Positions 1 to 10,068 of a DNA stretch of 64,000 bases are shown one piece after another; the stretch's first letter is position 1; the number at the start of each line of letters is the position of its first letter. This DNA is from Candidatus Dojkabacteria bacterium HGW-Dojkabacteria-1 (GTDB lineage Bacteria > Patescibacteriota > Dojkabacteria > SC72): positions 441,337 through 505,336 of the forward strand of contig PHAO01000001.1 of the NCBI GenBank assembly GCA_002840365.1, written 5' to 3'. Below the pieces are notes generated by a model. That model was not told the DNA's origin. It worked only from the letters and a program-made list of their open reading frames with translations, and did no database searches. Made by a program: the position numbers and the translations under genes.

Positions 1-279
1 ATAAGGGAATCAATAATTCTTGCTACAATATATATATTTATTAAATTCGTTAAATTTCTGTATATGGTTGTTACAAATGTAGTAACAGTAATAAAGGGAG
101 ACATTCTCCAGTTAATCTTTAAAGACCAAATTGATATTTCAATATAGTCTTTAAATGAAAGGGGTTTTTTCTTTGACATATCAATTTCTAGGCAATTTAA
201 TAGGCTAATTTTAACAAACAAACACTTTTTGAGTCAATATTGTATACATTTGTTAATTCAGGTATAATGTAATATCAAA

Positions 280-990
280 TTACATACTTAGATACCTCTT
301 TTTTTCAGCTTCAGACATTTTCTCAATTGAATATCTTAGAGTAGTTCTGGGCATACTCTTAATATTTTCATTTAAAAATTCTCTTAGTACATTGATATCT
401 CTTTTTCCAAGCTCTCTTAACATCCATCCTACAGCTTTGTGAATTAAATCATGTTTGTGGTTAAGTAATATTCTTGAAATTTTTAAGGTGTCCTCATATT
501 CATTTCTTCTTAAGAAAGCATATGTAGAAACAATAGAGATTCTTTGTTTCCATAGGTCATTTGAATCAGCAAATTGATACAAAATTCCTTTCTCTGTATT
601 TGTAATATACAAATATTCTCCTAATATTTTGTAACAAGAAAGATCTACAATATCCCAATTGTTACATCCTTTTAAATTCTCTATATAGAAAATATATACC
701 TCTTTCTTACCTTCAATATCAGCTTTCTCAAATTTGTAAGTAAGAATAATGTATGAACATAGGCGTACTTCATGTACAGGATGTACCAACAGAGGTTCTA
801 ATTCATCAAAAGAGATCTTTTTGAAATATTTTTTCGCAACAAAACGAATATTTGGAACAGTAATTCCCCAAAATTCATCACCCTCCCCATATTCTCCTTT
901 ACCAGTTTTAAAAAATCTTGGGAAAAATACTGCCTTTTCTTTGTTTGAAAAAGACTTTAAATCACTAAGGATATCTTTAGAAAGGCTCAT
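280..990 (-). CDS. AlkD-like DNA alkylation repair protein (HEAT-like repeat DNA glycosylase family)
   Basis: 236-aa ORF; overall resemblance to the pfam 'DNA alkylation repair enzyme' family, with helical repeats and Trp/Arg-rich motifs; recognition by eye only. Confidence 0.5.
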   Translation of the reverse strand: MSLSKDILSDLKSFSNKEKAVFFPRFFKTGKGEYGEGDEFWGITVPNIRFVAKKYFKKISFDELEPLLVHPVHEVRLCSYIILTYKFEKADIEGKKEVYIFYIENLKGCNNWDIVDLSCYKILGEYLYITNTEKGILYQFADSNDLWKQRISIVSTYAFLRRNEYEDTLKISRILLNHKHDLIHKAVGWMLRELGKRDINVLREFLNENIKSMPRTTLRYSIEKMSEAEKKRYLSM

Positions 991-1031
991 ATGTAATAAT
1001 AGCAGGAAGAAATAATATTAAACATACCCAT

Positions 1032-2399
1032 ATGAAATTAATTTCCCAATTCTCCAATAAATACAACAATATTACATACAAGACCTATGAACTTGAGAAT
1101 GGTATTAAATTACTTCATTTGGATAATCCTGCTACTGTTGATTTTGATTTTGCTCTAATATTTAAAGCAGGTACATCCTTTGAAATGAAAGAGGGTGTTC
1201 CAAAAGGTACTGCACACTTTCTAGAGCATATGTTACTTAATCCGAATTCTACATTTAAGACAAAAGCTGATATCGACAGATTTGAACAAGGAAACAAAGA
1301 TAGACCCGCTATATATACAAATGCATACACCACAAGAAAGAATATATATCTTACATGTCATGCAAATGAACAGGGTGATATGAGAGTACTTGATAGGATG
1401 GAAAGCTTACTTCAATTTCCTAAACGTAAATTTTCAAATCAAATGGAGAAAGAAAGAGGCATTATACTTGCAGAAAAAAGTAGGAAACCAAAGAGAGAGA
1501 AAGATGGATATTTAATGAGTTTAGAGTTTCTTTTTAAAGATATACAAGATGAATTTGCATATGATGTATTAGGAGAAAGTGAAGATATTAAAAGGATAAC
1601 GATAGATGATTTAGAGAAGTTTTACAAAAATAGATATGTTTCGGGTAATACAGTAATTGCAATACAAAGTAATGGGGATTTAAGGAAATCTTTAACTAAC
1701 AGAATTGAAGAAATTGCAAAGAAGATTCCTCTTGGTGAAATGGATAATCATAGAGAAGTAGAATTAGAGAACAAATGGAGAGTAGGGACCTTTACAGAAG
1801 ACAGAGCAAATGGAGTGAGTATATCCTTTATATACTACGACAAAGTAGATAAAAGGATAGATTACAAAAAATATGCAATAGAATATATATATGGAAGATT
1901 GCTTGATTGGTTAACATTTGACATATTGAGAGAACAAATGAGTTTAATATATGATTTCTCAGTATTTAGAATTGGAAACATGTCATACGATTATAATATG
2001 AATGGTTTTAGATTTGTTACAGAGAAGGAAAAGGTAGAAAAGATGCTTCAAGAGCTGTACACACTTCTACATACTACTTCCTTTATCTTTCTTAAATCTA
2101 AAAGAGGAAAAGAGTGGTTTGATGATGTAATAAGTACATATGTATTTCCAAGAACAACAAAATTCAATGAAGAACTTGCCGAAAATGCTATTACAGCCCT
2201 ACTTGAAGATGGAGAAATATTTAACTCTAATACTGCAGTTAGAATTGCTAAAAAGATTACAATATCAGATATCAAAGAGTACTTAACTGAAAGATTAGAA
2301 ATGAAACCCCATATATGGGTAGAGAGTGATATGACTCAAACTCAGATGGATATTTTGATCAACAATTCTCCTTTTTCAAAAAAATTTAATAGGGTATAA
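1032..2399 (+). CDS. M16 family zinc peptidase (insulinase-like)
   Basis: 455 aa; inverted zinc-binding motif HxxEH present as 'HFLEHM' near the N-terminus; length and two-domain layout typical of M16. Confidence 0.7.
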   Translation: MKLISQFSNKYNNITYKTYELENGIKLLHLDNPATVDFDFALIFKAGTSFEMKEGVPKGTAHFLEHMLLNPNSTFKTKADIDRFEQGNKDRPAIYTNAYTTRKNIYLTCHANEQGDMRVLDRMESLLQFPKRKFSNQMEKERGIILAEKSRKPKREKDGYLMSLEFLFKDIQDEFAYDVLGESEDIKRITIDDLEKFYKNRYVSGNTVIAIQSNGDLRKSLTNRIEEIAKKIPLGEMDNHREVELENKWRVGTFTEDRANGVSISFIYYDKVDKRIDYKKYAIEYIYGRLLDWLTFDILREQMSLIYDFSVFRIGNMSYDYNMNGFRFVTEKEKVEKMLQELYTLLHTTSFIFLKSKRGKEWFDDVISTYVFPRTTKFNEELAENAITALLEDGEIFNSNTAVRIAKKITISDIKEYLTERLEMKPHIWVESDMTQTQMDILINNSPFSKKFNRV

Positions 2400-2400
2400 T

Positions 2401-2427
2401 CCATTTCTAATTTTTTTTTAGAAATGT
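2401..2427 (+). terminator. AT-rich palindromic hairpin just after the M16 peptidase stop (weak terminator or attenuator candidate)
   Basis: catttctaa-ttttttt-ttagaaatg: perfect 9-bp inverted repeat around a T7 loop, 1 nt after the stop at 2399. Confidence 0.25.
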
Positions 2428-2430
2428 ACT

Positions 2431-2817
2431 ATGCCTGAAATTAGAGAAACAGGACAATATCAAATAGCATACGAAAGACTTTTACAAGAGCTTCATAAGT
2501 ATAATATTTCTGAAACAGAGTTCGATGATTACATATATCTTCTTTTGGATGAGGTAAAGAACAAAGTTAATGACGCAGGTAAGATACCTGAATACTCATA
2601 TACATTGTATGTAAATCTTCCAATGATTTATGAGTATAGCGGAAGTAATTATATAGAACTTCTATGTGGTTTTAATCCAATACCAGAATATGTAGATGAT
2701 ATGACTATAGAAGGTTCAATAATGATTCCAAAAAATGCAAGTGCAAGAATGAATCTGACAAATGGTGAATATGATGTCGTTATTTCTTGGCATGAAATAT
2801 TTTTAGAAAACAATTGA
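2431..2817 (+). CDS. hypothetical protein
   Basis: 128-aa ORF in an operon-like position after the M16 peptidase gene; no recognisable motif. Confidence 0.4.
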   Translation: MPEIRETGQYQIAYERLLQELHKYNISETEFDDYIYLLLDEVKNKVNDAGKIPEYSYTLYVNLPMIYEYSGSNYIELLCGFNPIPEYVDDMTIEGSIMIPKNASARMNLTNGEYDVVISWHEIFLENN

Positions 2818-2842
2818 CCATTAAGATATGATACATGTAATA

Positions 2843-2865
2843 TTTAGATATACTAAATATCTAAA
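2843..2865 (+). promoter_or_regulatory. candidate palindromic operator upstream of the FNR-family oxidoreductase gene
   Basis: TTTAGATAT-actaa-ATATCTAAA: perfect 9-bp inverted repeat with a 5-nt spacer, 17 nt upstream of the ATG at 2882. Confidence 0.25.
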
Positions 2866-2881
2866 TTGATTATCAATTACA

Positions 2882-3583
2882 ATGGAACTAGTTTTTAAAG
2901 AAATGAAAAAAGAAGCACAAAACGCTTACTCCCTTATCTTCGAACCTAACTCTGAATTCAAATGGAATGCAGGAGAATATCTTGAGATAAAGATGCCACA
3001 TAGTAATGAAGATGATAGAGGAATAGAAAGATATTTCTCAATATCCGCAGCACCAAGTGAAGGAGTAGTCATGATTACTACTCGATTTTTTGAAAATGAA
3101 GCTAGTTCATTTAAAAAAGCCCTTTTTGAGCTAAAAACAGGTGATAAACTTGAAAATGTTAAAAAACCAGAAAACAATGATAGCTTTTTTAATGCAAATA
3201 ACCCAAATAGAGAATATATATTTTTAACAGCAGGTATTGGTATAACACCAGTAAGATCAGTAATAAAGGAATATCATCTTAATAAAAGAGATTTAAAAGG
3301 TATTCTCCTTTATGCAAATAGGGATGATGAATATATATTTGGTGAAGAATTAGAGAGAATGACAAACGATATGCCAGAATTTTCAATACAAAAATATCAT
3401 GGAAAAAGAATTAACAAAGAAGTCCTAGAAAAGCTATTAAAGGAATATGATAACCCAATATTTAATATCTCTGGTACATATGATTTTAATATGCAAATGA
3501 AAGATATTCTCCTTAATCAATTAAAGATAGATTCTTCAAATGTAAAGAGTAGTTCTTTTGGAAAAGGATATTCTCAATCCTAG
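2882..3583 (+). CDS. FNR-family FAD/NAD(P)-binding oxidoreductase
   Basis: RxYS-like FAD motif (ERYFSISAAP) and GxGxxP NAD(P) motif (AGIGITP); 233 aa. Confidence 0.55.
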   Translation: MELVFKEMKKEAQNAYSLIFEPNSEFKWNAGEYLEIKMPHSNEDDRGIERYFSISAAPSEGVVMITTRFFENEASSFKKALFELKTGDKLENVKKPENNDSFFNANNPNREYIFLTAGIGITPVRSVIKEYHLNKRDLKGILLYANRDDEYIFGEELERMTNDMPEFSIQKYHGKRINKEVLEKLLKEYDNPIFNISGTYDFNMQMKDILLNQLKIDSSNVKSSSFGKGYSQS

Positions 3584-4104
3584 TTTTTCATAAATTTCCT
3601 TATCTCTTTTTTAAGATATTCAATATCCTCATAACTATGATTATCATCCCTTTCATTGGGTCTTTTGTACTCTGTTGTTTTTACATTAAGACTCTTTGCC
3701 TTAAGTATTGTATCTAACTCTTTGTATCCAATTACCGGATCTTTAGGTTTTTGTATGAACAAAGCCTTTGTTTTTAAATTTTCCAATAGATAATCTACCT
3801 CATCACCCCTATTTAATGCCCAGTAGTAGGGGAAGCCAATAAATATATATGCGCCTACATCAAGGTATCCTAGCTTTTGTGCCTTCATACCTAATATACA
3901 ACCTGCACTCTTTCCTATTACATATGTTTTCCCTTGTATTTTTAAACCCATTATCTTATCTAATTCAGTATTCCAATCAATATTACCATCACCTATCCAA
4001 TGATTATAAAAGAGCATTAGTTTATCCTTTTCATCAAAGCTATCACGCAAAGATTCACACCATTGCTTATTATCTTTGTTGTTACCTGGGAGAAATAGAT
4101 ACAT
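3580..4104 (-). CDS. small alpha/beta serine hydrolase (YdeN/RBBP9-like esterase)
   Basis: 174 aa; GxSxG nucleophile elbow 'GKSAG'; Asp and His candidates in the C-terminal part (DDNHSYED). Confidence 0.5.
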   Translation of the reverse strand: MYLFLPGNNKDNKQWCESLRDSFDEKDKLMLFYNHWIGDGNIDWNTELDKIMGLKIQGKTYVIGKSAGCILGMKAQKLGYLDVGAYIFIGFPYYWALNRGDEVDYLLENLKTKALFIQKPKDPVIGYKELDTILKAKSLNVKTTEYKRPNERDDNHSYEDIEYLKKEIRKFMKN

Positions 4105-4195
4105 ATGCGTATATATTACAATTTATATATACATCTATATTGTAGTCTGTTTGTATTACTAATTCAAACTTAGTTTGGTATAATTCTCTAGTCAT

Positions 4196-4273
4196 GGTGG
4201 CTATAGCTCAATTGGTTAGAGCATCGGTTTGTGGAACCGAGGGTTGTGGGTTCAAGTCCCATTAGCCACCCCA
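4196..4273 (+). tRNA. tRNA-His(GUG): tRNA-His (anticodon GUG) with encoded G-1 and 3' CCA
   Basis: Cloverleaf folded by hand. Acceptor GTGGCTA pairs with TAGCCAC; D arm GCTC/GAGC; anticodon stem TCGGT/ACCGA with loop TTGTGGA; T arm GTGGG-TTCAAGT-CCCAT. An extra 5' G pairs with discriminator C. CCA is present in the genome. Confidence 0.85.
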
Positions 4274-5718
4274 TTTCCCAGTTTTTTGAAATCTACCAGC
4301 AAATCAAAGGGGTTTATGTAATCATATAGCAGATTCTTTCCATCCCATCTGATATTCGAAAGTACAGTGTTAATTAATATTGCTCTTTCTTCATCCAAAG
4401 CATTCTCAAATAGTTCTCCACTGTGCTTTGCAAGTTCTAATACATATTTAGCAGTGATATAGAAAGTATCCTCTGTTTGTTCTGATGAACGGATTTTATC
4501 AGTAACTTCTTTATACAACCTGTCATACTCTTTCGCTTTTTCTTCATAGAAACTACTAGTAATACTACCATCAACATATAGATCATAATTCTTTGATTTC
4601 ATTCTAGAATACCTTTCCTGTTCCCTGCGTAGATTTCTTACTCTGGAAATAGATACTTCTAAATTAGTTTCATTGATTGATTTCAAATCATTTAATATCT
4701 TCTCTGCATCATTTTCTGTTAATCTAATCCTATCAAATGCTTCTGCAAACTGCTTACTCAATTCTTCTTCACTTACATACTGGGCTCCATGTTTACCCTT
4801 ATATTCAGTACAACAATAGGAGTTCTTCCCATTATGCTCCTCTGGGCACATAGAATAACCGCAAATAGCACATCTTATTAATCTTCTATACTTAAATGGT
4901 TTCCCAGCATACTTACCTTTGTTTTTGTTTTGTAATCTACCTTCTCTAATTTCTTGTACTCTGTTAAATAAATCCTCTGATATTATTGTTTCATAACAAT
5001 GAGGGTATTCAATATTCTTCTTCTGATACAAGATGATACCTATATAAAACTTGTTTGTAAGTATTCTAGCAATTTGAGAACCAGCAAATTCAACATTAAA
5101 TAATTCTAGGATTTTCTTTCTCAATGTCCTATCAGAATAACTATTGGTTGAATATAACTCATACATCTTCTTTACAATCAGAGATTCCTCATAGTTAACT
5201 TCAACTGTTTTCTCCTTGTCATTAATTGTAATGTTGTTATATCCATAGGGTGCTTTCGTTAGTAATTCTCCATTCCTCATCTTTTGTTCAAATCTCCTTT
5301 TGACATTATCCCTTATTGAATCAGAATAATACTGTGCTAGTGCAACCCCCATTGAGAATTTAAATAGGTCCACAGCGGGGCTAGATGCCCGTAGAACGAG
5401 GTTATCTGATGGGAAGTGTAATTGTACCTTTTCTCTCTTTCGAAGGTCATCAAACAACGGTAAATAGCGATTGAAATCTCTTAATAACCTATCTATCTTA
5501 TCAGTAATAAGTGCAACTGTTTTATTCGTTTCTTCTATCGTTTTTAATACTTCTTCAAATTGCTTTCTATTCCCTTTATATGCACTTTCTGAAATATCAA
5601 ATATATCCTTATCACTGTATTCTAGATTATTACTCTTTGCATATTCTATTAATCTTGGTATCTGCTGTTCTGTTGATTGCTCATCTGTTGATACTCTCGC
5701 TAATAGAATTGCTCTCAT
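4252..5718 (-). CDS. large serine recombinase (resolvase/invertase catalytic domain + recombinase domain + zinc ribbon)
   Basis: N-terminal 'AILLARVSTDEQ' catalytic Ser motif; 488 aa; Cys-rich C-terminal zinc ribbon (CAICGYSMC...CCTEYKGKHG); 3' end overlaps the antisense of the tRNA-His 3' end by about 22 nt. Confidence 0.85.
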   Translation of the reverse strand: MRAILLARVSTDEQSTEQQIPRLIEYAKSNNLEYSDKDIFDISESAYKGNRKQFEEVLKTIEETNKTVALITDKIDRLLRDFNRYLPLFDDLRKREKVQLHFPSDNLVLRASSPAVDLFKFSMGVALAQYYSDSIRDNVKRRFEQKMRNGELLTKAPYGYNNITINDKEKTVEVNYEESLIVKKMYELYSTNSYSDRTLRKKILELFNVEFAGSQIARILTNKFYIGIILYQKKNIEYPHCYETIISEDLFNRVQEIREGRLQNKNKGKYAGKPFKYRRLIRCAICGYSMCPEEHNGKNSYCCTEYKGKHGAQYVSEEELSKQFAEAFDRIRLTENDAEKILNDLKSINETNLEVSISRVRNLRREQERYSRMKSKNYDLYVDGSITSSFYEEKAKEYDRLYKEVTDKIRSSEQTEDTFYITAKYVLELAKHSGELFENALDEERAILINTVLSNIRWDGKNLLYDYINPFDLLVDFKKLGNGVANGT

Positions 5719-8700
5719 ACTTTAAAAGATTCTACAATTTGGATTTCTTCTTCGCTTAAATCATATATTTTATAAAGGATTGTATCGATTTCAGATTCAA
5801 TATTTTTTATTTCGAGTACCATTTCTTTTAACTTTTTCTGCTTATCTTTAATCCAATTGTGTAATTTCTCCTTTTCTTCAATTGAAAGTCGTGTTTTCTT
5901 TTTATCAAGTATCTCTACAATTTGATTCCAACCATATTCGAGTATGTTTTTTAAATCTAAATGATATTCATTACCCAAAAATACACTGGTTTCTTCATTT
6001 AACATATAAAAATCTTTATACTTACTTTCAAGATCAAAAACATATTGCTCTATAACTAATATATCCTCTTTGTTAGTATCCTTGATTGGGAATAGGAGTA
6101 ATGGTCCCTTATCAACTTGTAATAATTCCCCAAGTAATTTACCTCTATTTCTGAACCAAAAATTACTAATAGTTGAATTAAGTAGTGCAGTTAAATACTT
6201 TAAATTAATCCTATCAGTAACAATAAAGTTGAGTGCTCTTGAACCATAATATTCAGAGATTGTATAGAAGAATGTAGGATATTTTACTCTAACACCACAC
6301 ACAATTTTATCTCCTGCTTTAAAGAACTGCTCATTTCTCTCCCTATGTAAATAATAGTAGGGTTTGTTAGGAGTTTTATACTTAATTTTCGCATCAATTA
6401 ATACATCTTTGTACTTATTAAAATGAGTATATAAATTGGGGAAATCCTCTAATTTTTTATCATCAAAATTTTTTGAGGACAGGTAAATAATAAAACTATT
6501 TGTACTTCCAACAGAATATCTTGAAACATTAGTATAAAAAGGTTTAATAAATTCTCTTTCAGAAATGTTAAATTTTGTTAAATCATCCACAATAAAACAC
6601 TCATCTGGTGCTCCCACAATTCCCTGTGCTACTTCATTATCATTCAGTGTAAATGTTCTACTCTTTGAAATCTTATCTATAACTTTTTCAAATTTCTCAT
6701 CTGAAAACACTATATTCCCATTACCTATTTTCTCCCTATCTATTGTTGCGTCAATACTTTTTATACTGTCAGAATAGTTTATACTCCTATCATTTAATAC
6801 AAGTTGAATCAAATCCAAACCAATCTGTTTATCTAATATCTTTGTATATTCAACTTTGTATCTATTCTTTACATTCTTTTCTTTTTTAAAAACAAATATC
6901 ATAGTTTGAATACCTGCATCTTTAAAAACTTGAAATCCTCCAAAATCAAAATAGGAGATGATTTCACCCTCATTAAGTATCTTTTCCCTAAAAATTGATG
7001 CACCAGCATTTGTAATCCAATTATTAGGAGCAATAAAACTTAAATATCCATTTTCCTTTAACAAATCAATAGATAAACAAGCAAAATAGGTCCAAATATC
7101 CATTTTCCCTTGATAATAAGGTCCATCATGTAATCCAGTAAATGCTGTTTTATTAGTATATTCTTTAATGTAAGGAGGATTCGCGACTATTACATCAAAA
7201 CCACCATTGTCAATGATATCTTTATACTCAACCCCCCAATTAAATGCTTTATCCCCAGCGATAGCGGGATCATCTATTAGTGAATTACCACACTTAATAT
7301 TTTTATCTAAATTCTGTAAAGGTTCAGTATTCTTCGCTGTTTTTAACCATAATGCAAGTTTTGTAATTTCCACACTTTCTTTGTTAAGATCTACCCCAAA
7401 GAGGTTATTAAGTAGGATTCCATTATTTACACTCGCAGGATCATAATCATCAATTTCAAGATTGAGTTTCCCGGACTCTCTTATATTCTGCAATTTCTCT
7501 TCAAATCTCCTAGCATATTCTTGTTTAAGATAAGTATGTGCTTGATTTAAAATTGCACCACTACCACAAGCAGGATCCAATATCTTAATTTCATTCAATT
7601 TATCGGGATTTTCTTCTAAAAACCTTCCTACTGTATTTTCTACTATGTATTTTGTAATATATTCTGGCGTGTAGAATATTCCATCTTTTTTCCTTCTTCC
7701 CTTTTTTTCAGTAACTGTTAAATCTTCAATCATCTCCAATCTATTATCACTATCCTTTACTTGCATTACATTCTCTTTAATCCTTTCTAAATCAGAAATA
7801 CTTTGCTCAAATATGTGTCCTAGGATATTAACATTAATATCTGTTTGATAATCATATTCCGCAAGTTCTAATATCCTTTTCCAAAAACTATCTAGAATGA
7901 TAAGGTTATCCAATATCTCATCTTTCTTAAACAATCCCCCATTATAAGCATTAATTGGTGGAGTAACTCTTGAATTTCCCTCATCAATAGATTTAAACAA
8001 ACCCTTAAACTCATTCCAAACTCTCTCATCACTACTAGCAAAAGAACTCAATGCTCTCTCATAGGTATTCTTCACTATTTCGTAGGGTAATAATTCTGTT
8101 GTATCTTCACAGAATAGTGTAAATACAATTCTATCTAGTAATTTCTGTGTTTTCTCTAATAATACCTCTGCTGATATACCTTTGTTATTTTCTAATAGAT
8201 GGTTAAGCAATCCCAATCTAACCTCTTTATACTTTGCATAATAATCATTTGTTATATCCTGCTCTTGTTGATTACTTTCCAAAGATAGTACATCTACAAC
8301 ACTGTTATCCTCTTTCTTAATTAGGTTATCTTTTGATAGTAAGAAATAGAATCTTTTAAATTCCTGCTCATCTAGTAAATCTAATACCATAAATCTTTCA
8401 AAATATTCTTGTGATCTAGATTTACTATATAAACGAATCTCTTTGAAATTTGATACTATAATCCATTTACATTTATCTTCTTTACTTGCATAGTTAAATG
8501 CTTGGTCAACAGGTGTTTGCTTTGTATCTCTGTGTTGCTTTTTATCTAAATCTGTTTTTGCATCCTTTAACTCAATTACAACACGAGTATCCTTATTATC
8601 TTTTGTAAAGAACCCTAAACTTCCATCTGGTTCACCAACATTGTTTTCTATTCTTGGATGTTGTATTAAGGTATATTCTTGCTCTGCGGAAGTTACATCA

Positions 8701-8900
8701 TCATAGTTAAGGATATTTTCAAAAAAGGTTTGTAGGAATTTACCTTGAATGCTTTTTTCTTTTGTATTTTCTAAATCACTATCCTTTAATGCTCTCTGCC
8801 ATTTATCTATTAATGTGTTAATCTCCTCTAATTTCTTTCCTGTTGGAAACTCAAAATTTGTGTATTTCTGCTGTAATAATTTCTTGTTAATTAGATTCAT
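5715..8900 (-). CDS. Type IIG/IIL restriction-modification enzyme (MmeI-like single-chain endonuclease plus N6-adenine methyltransferase)
   Basis: 1061 aa. N-terminal PD-(D/E)xK-type motif (EPDGSLGFF...VVIELKDAK). MTase motif I 'ILDPACGSGAILN' and motif IV 'VIVANPPYIKE' (gamma-class NPPY). Long C-terminal TRD-like region. 4-nt overlap with the recombinase gene. Confidence 0.7.
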   Translation of the reverse strand: MNLINKKLLQQKYTNFEFPTGKKLEEINTLIDKWQRALKDSDLENTKEKSIQGKFLQTFFENILNYDDVTSAEQEYTLIQHPRIENNVGEPDGSLGFFTKDNKDTRVVIELKDAKTDLDKKQHRDTKQTPVDQAFNYASKEDKCKWIIVSNFKEIRLYSKSRSQEYFERFMVLDLLDEQEFKRFYFLLSKDNLIKKEDNSVVDVLSLESNQQEQDITNDYYAKYKEVRLGLLNHLLENNKGISAEVLLEKTQKLLDRIVFTLFCEDTTELLPYEIVKNTYERALSSFASSDERVWNEFKGLFKSIDEGNSRVTPPINAYNGGLFKKDEILDNLIILDSFWKRILELAEYDYQTDINVNILGHIFEQSISDLERIKENVMQVKDSDNRLEMIEDLTVTEKKGRRKKDGIFYTPEYITKYIVENTVGRFLEENPDKLNEIKILDPACGSGAILNQAHTYLKQEYARRFEEKLQNIRESGKLNLEIDDYDPASVNNGILLNNLFGVDLNKESVEITKLALWLKTAKNTEPLQNLDKNIKCGNSLIDDPAIAGDKAFNWGVEYKDIIDNGGFDVIVANPPYIKEYTNKTAFTGLHDGPYYQGKMDIWTYFACLSIDLLKENGYLSFIAPNNWITNAGASIFREKILNEGEIISYFDFGGFQVFKDAGIQTMIFVFKKEKNVKNRYKVEYTKILDKQIGLDLIQLVLNDRSINYSDSIKSIDATIDREKIGNGNIVFSDEKFEKVIDKISKSRTFTLNDNEVAQGIVGAPDECFIVDDLTKFNISEREFIKPFYTNVSRYSVGSTNSFIIYLSSKNFDDKKLEDFPNLYTHFNKYKDVLIDAKIKYKTPNKPYYYLHRERNEQFFKAGDKIVCGVRVKYPTFFYTISEYYGSRALNFIVTDRINLKYLTALLNSTISNFWFRNRGKLLGELLQVDKGPLLLFPIKDTNKEDILVIEQYVFDLESKYKDFYMLNEETSVFLGNEYHLDLKNILEYGWNQIVEILDKKKTRLSIEEKEKLHNWIKDKQKKLKEMVLEIKNIESEIDTILYKIYDLSEEEIQIVESFKV

Positions 8901-8912
8901 AGTATATAGTAA

Positions 8913-10064
8913 TTATAAATTGTTTCCACCAACATTAATAGTATCAGTATAACTCTTCAAATCCAATGGTTTGTAGGTTTTTAAATAATTGCTTATAAAT
9001 TCAAAACATTCAAGGTTATCTTCAACAATATTTATACTATTCATTTTATACTTTATCCCATACCAACTTCTGCTGGAATATACACTTTCAATTATCTTCC
9101 GAAATTCTCTTACTCCGAATGTTTTACAGTATTCAATGAAACCATAGATAGATAAGAGGTTGTTTAACTTAATATCTGGATTATTACTAACTAACTCTCT
9201 GAAAAACAACTCTTTATTATCTATTGAGCAGTTTAATAGATTGTAGTTACTAACAATATCATTCCAAACACTTCTCAATACTGATAATGATATATCACTA
9301 TCACATACCTGCACTAAATTGAAATCCCTTTTGAAAACACTACGAATCTTCTGAATACTGTTATATCTTACTTCAATTCTTAATATCTCAAATTTCTTTT
9401 GGCTGTTTATACTATCAAAGATATTAAATTGTATAGCATTTCCTTTCTCAATAGATCTAGAATCGCTTATCCTTCCCTTTTGTAAATCTTTCTTCTTATC
9501 ATACAGAATTACCTCAAATGAATTAGTATGGAATCTAATACTATCTCCCTTATTTCTATAATCCTTTTCTGTTAAATCATACCTTAAACTTAAATCTGTT
9601 TTAGAAACTTCCTTTGTTATGAAATAAGGTATTACATATTCAGGTAAGGGTATATTCTTTGAAAAATGGACTTTACATACTAATGCTTTTTTCAGTACAT
9701 CCGATGATACCTCTACACTCATCTTTCTTAATGAATCTGATAACTTTTCAACTACATTCTCTATATCTTCATTCCTTAACTCATCAAAATTGTTTAAGAA
9801 CACTATCTTTGGGGCGGAGAATTGAATATACAGATAGATTAATGGTAGAGCATTTACCATTTTTTTTCTTAATGTAAGTTGCGGTTTATATATTCTATTC
9901 TTGTAATCTGCTTGTGTAGGGTTGTTATATGCTTCGATATACCCCCTTGCTCCAAAACGAGAGTAGGGCGGATAGTAGAAATTGTAGGTATTCGGAGTAA
10001 AAGCATTGTGATCTAATATCTTAAAATCCTTTTCGTTTAATCTTAATGTAATTGTATCGATCAT
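8913..10064 (-). CDS. Rep_trans-family (pT181 RepC/D-like) rolling-circle replication initiator
   Basis: 383 aa; motifs 'VILYDKKKD' and 'ILRIEVRY' resemble the 'RIYNKKQE' and 'RVEIELKR' signatures of the pT181 Rep family; N-terminal 'MIDTITLRL' similar to Rep_trans N-termini. Confidence 0.5.
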   Translation of the reverse strand: MIDTITLRLNEKDFKILDHNAFTPNTYNFYYPPYSRFGARGYIEAYNNPTQADYKNRIYKPQLTLRKKMVNALPLIYLYIQFSAPKIVFLNNFDELRNEDIENVVEKLSDSLRKMSVEVSSDVLKKALVCKVHFSKNIPLPEYVIPYFITKEVSKTDLSLRYDLTEKDYRNKGDSIRFHTNSFEVILYDKKKDLQKGRISDSRSIEKGNAIQFNIFDSINSQKKFEILRIEVRYNSIQKIRSVFKRDFNLVQVCDSDISLSVLRSVWNDIVSNYNLLNCSIDNKELFFRELVSNNPDIKLNNLLSIYGFIEYCKTFGVREFRKIIESVYSSRSWYGIKYKMNSINIVEDNLECFEFISNYLKTYKPLDLKSYTDTINVGGNNL

Positions 10065-10068
10065 ATTT

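Noticed and set aside
173-201. TTGACA-N17-TTTAAT promoter-like hexamers on the plus strand at the window start
   Set aside because: There is no plus-strand gene downstream for about 830 nt, because a minus-strand gene intervenes. Such hexamers occur by chance in AT-rich DNA.
749-2275. Short ORFs 749-1015(+), 1115-1333(-) and 2048-2275(-) overlapping larger genes
   Set aside because: They lie entirely antisense or out of frame within well-supported genes (AlkD-like, M16 peptidase), and their low-complexity translations are typical of AT-rich spurious ORFs.
2926-4145. ORFs 2926-3177(-) and 3849-4145(+)
   Set aside because: Antisense to the FNR-family and hydrolase genes; no RBS; repetitive Tyr/Leu/Ser composition.
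5471-8952. Six small ORFs inside the recombinase and Type IIG genes (5471-5725, 5511-5759, 6565-6777, 7207-7446, 8749-8952 on plus; none on minus)
   Set aside because: All are antisense shadows of long, motif-supported genes.
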